From contig NC_069000.1 in NCBI RefSeq assembly GCF_001194135.2, positions 17,200,691-17,233,257 on the forward strand: a DNA stretch of 32,567 nt. Direction: 5' to 3'. Below are positions 32,269-32,567 of this stretch, piece after piece. The position numbers and the translations under genes are program-made. The DNA comes from Octopus bimaculoides. Its lineage: Eukaryota. The first letter of the stretch is position 1; each line of letters begins with the position of its first letter. Below the pieces are notes generated by a model that saw only the letters and a list, made by a program, of their open reading frames with translations, did no database searches and had not been told where the DNA came from.

Positions 32269-32567
32269 AATATATGAGTATATGCATATATATGTACATG
32301 TATGTATATACCTTCATCCACATGTACATATAGATACATAACTGGGTACATGACGTGGCAAAAGAACATGGACAAAATGGTAAACAAGGTGCAACAAACA
32401 AGCAGGGCACATAGAAACATCCCCTTCATCATATAGTTGAAATTTACATATACATATATATATATATATATATATATTTCCTTTCCTGAGCGTCCAATAA
32501 CACTATCCATATCACGTCCTCACTTTGTTATTTTTTTGTTTTTTTGTTATTGTTTTTTTGAACTTAC

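Noticed and set aside
32200-32530. Possible Penelope-related non-autonomous element
   Set aside because: Recognised only vaguely; broken by (TA)n tracts, with no complete hammerhead core or coding remnant visible.
1-32567. Enrichment of metal-response elements (TGCRCNC) around a copper gene
   Set aside because: The motif arises trivially in (TG)/(GC)/(CA) microsatellites, so counts would be uninformative.

Overview
AT-rich, microsatellite-dense animal DNA, almost entirely intronic or repeat-derived. The SINE-like families and the repeat landscape look like an octopus (coleoid cephalopod) genome; this is inference from recognition, not a database result. The one clear host gene is a copper transporter of the CTR/SLC31 family on the minus strand. 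It has a Met-rich ectodomain exon (14439-14290) and the conserved M-x-M-x-F-H-x-G...ETILF exon (13990-13927). I could not find its transmembrane exons in the 13.9 kb downstream. A cluster of short, phase-compatible exon-like segments lies there instead (7934-4592). The rest is decayed mobile DNA: a long-TIR DD37E Tc1-like element nested in an RTE-like LINE, a DD34D mariner, a maT-like and a Tc1 fragment, a hAT transposase fossil with two hAT-type MITEs, two R4/Dong-like fragments, Helitron-type 3' ends and many tRNA-derived SINEs. One SINE carries a degenerate Penelope-type hammerhead ribozyme. The window also holds a 28S rRNA fragment, a 234-bp spacerless palindrome and a complex ~1-kb tandem array. 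There is one assembly gap (15045-15128). Most boundaries of old repeats are approximate (+/-20 bp).
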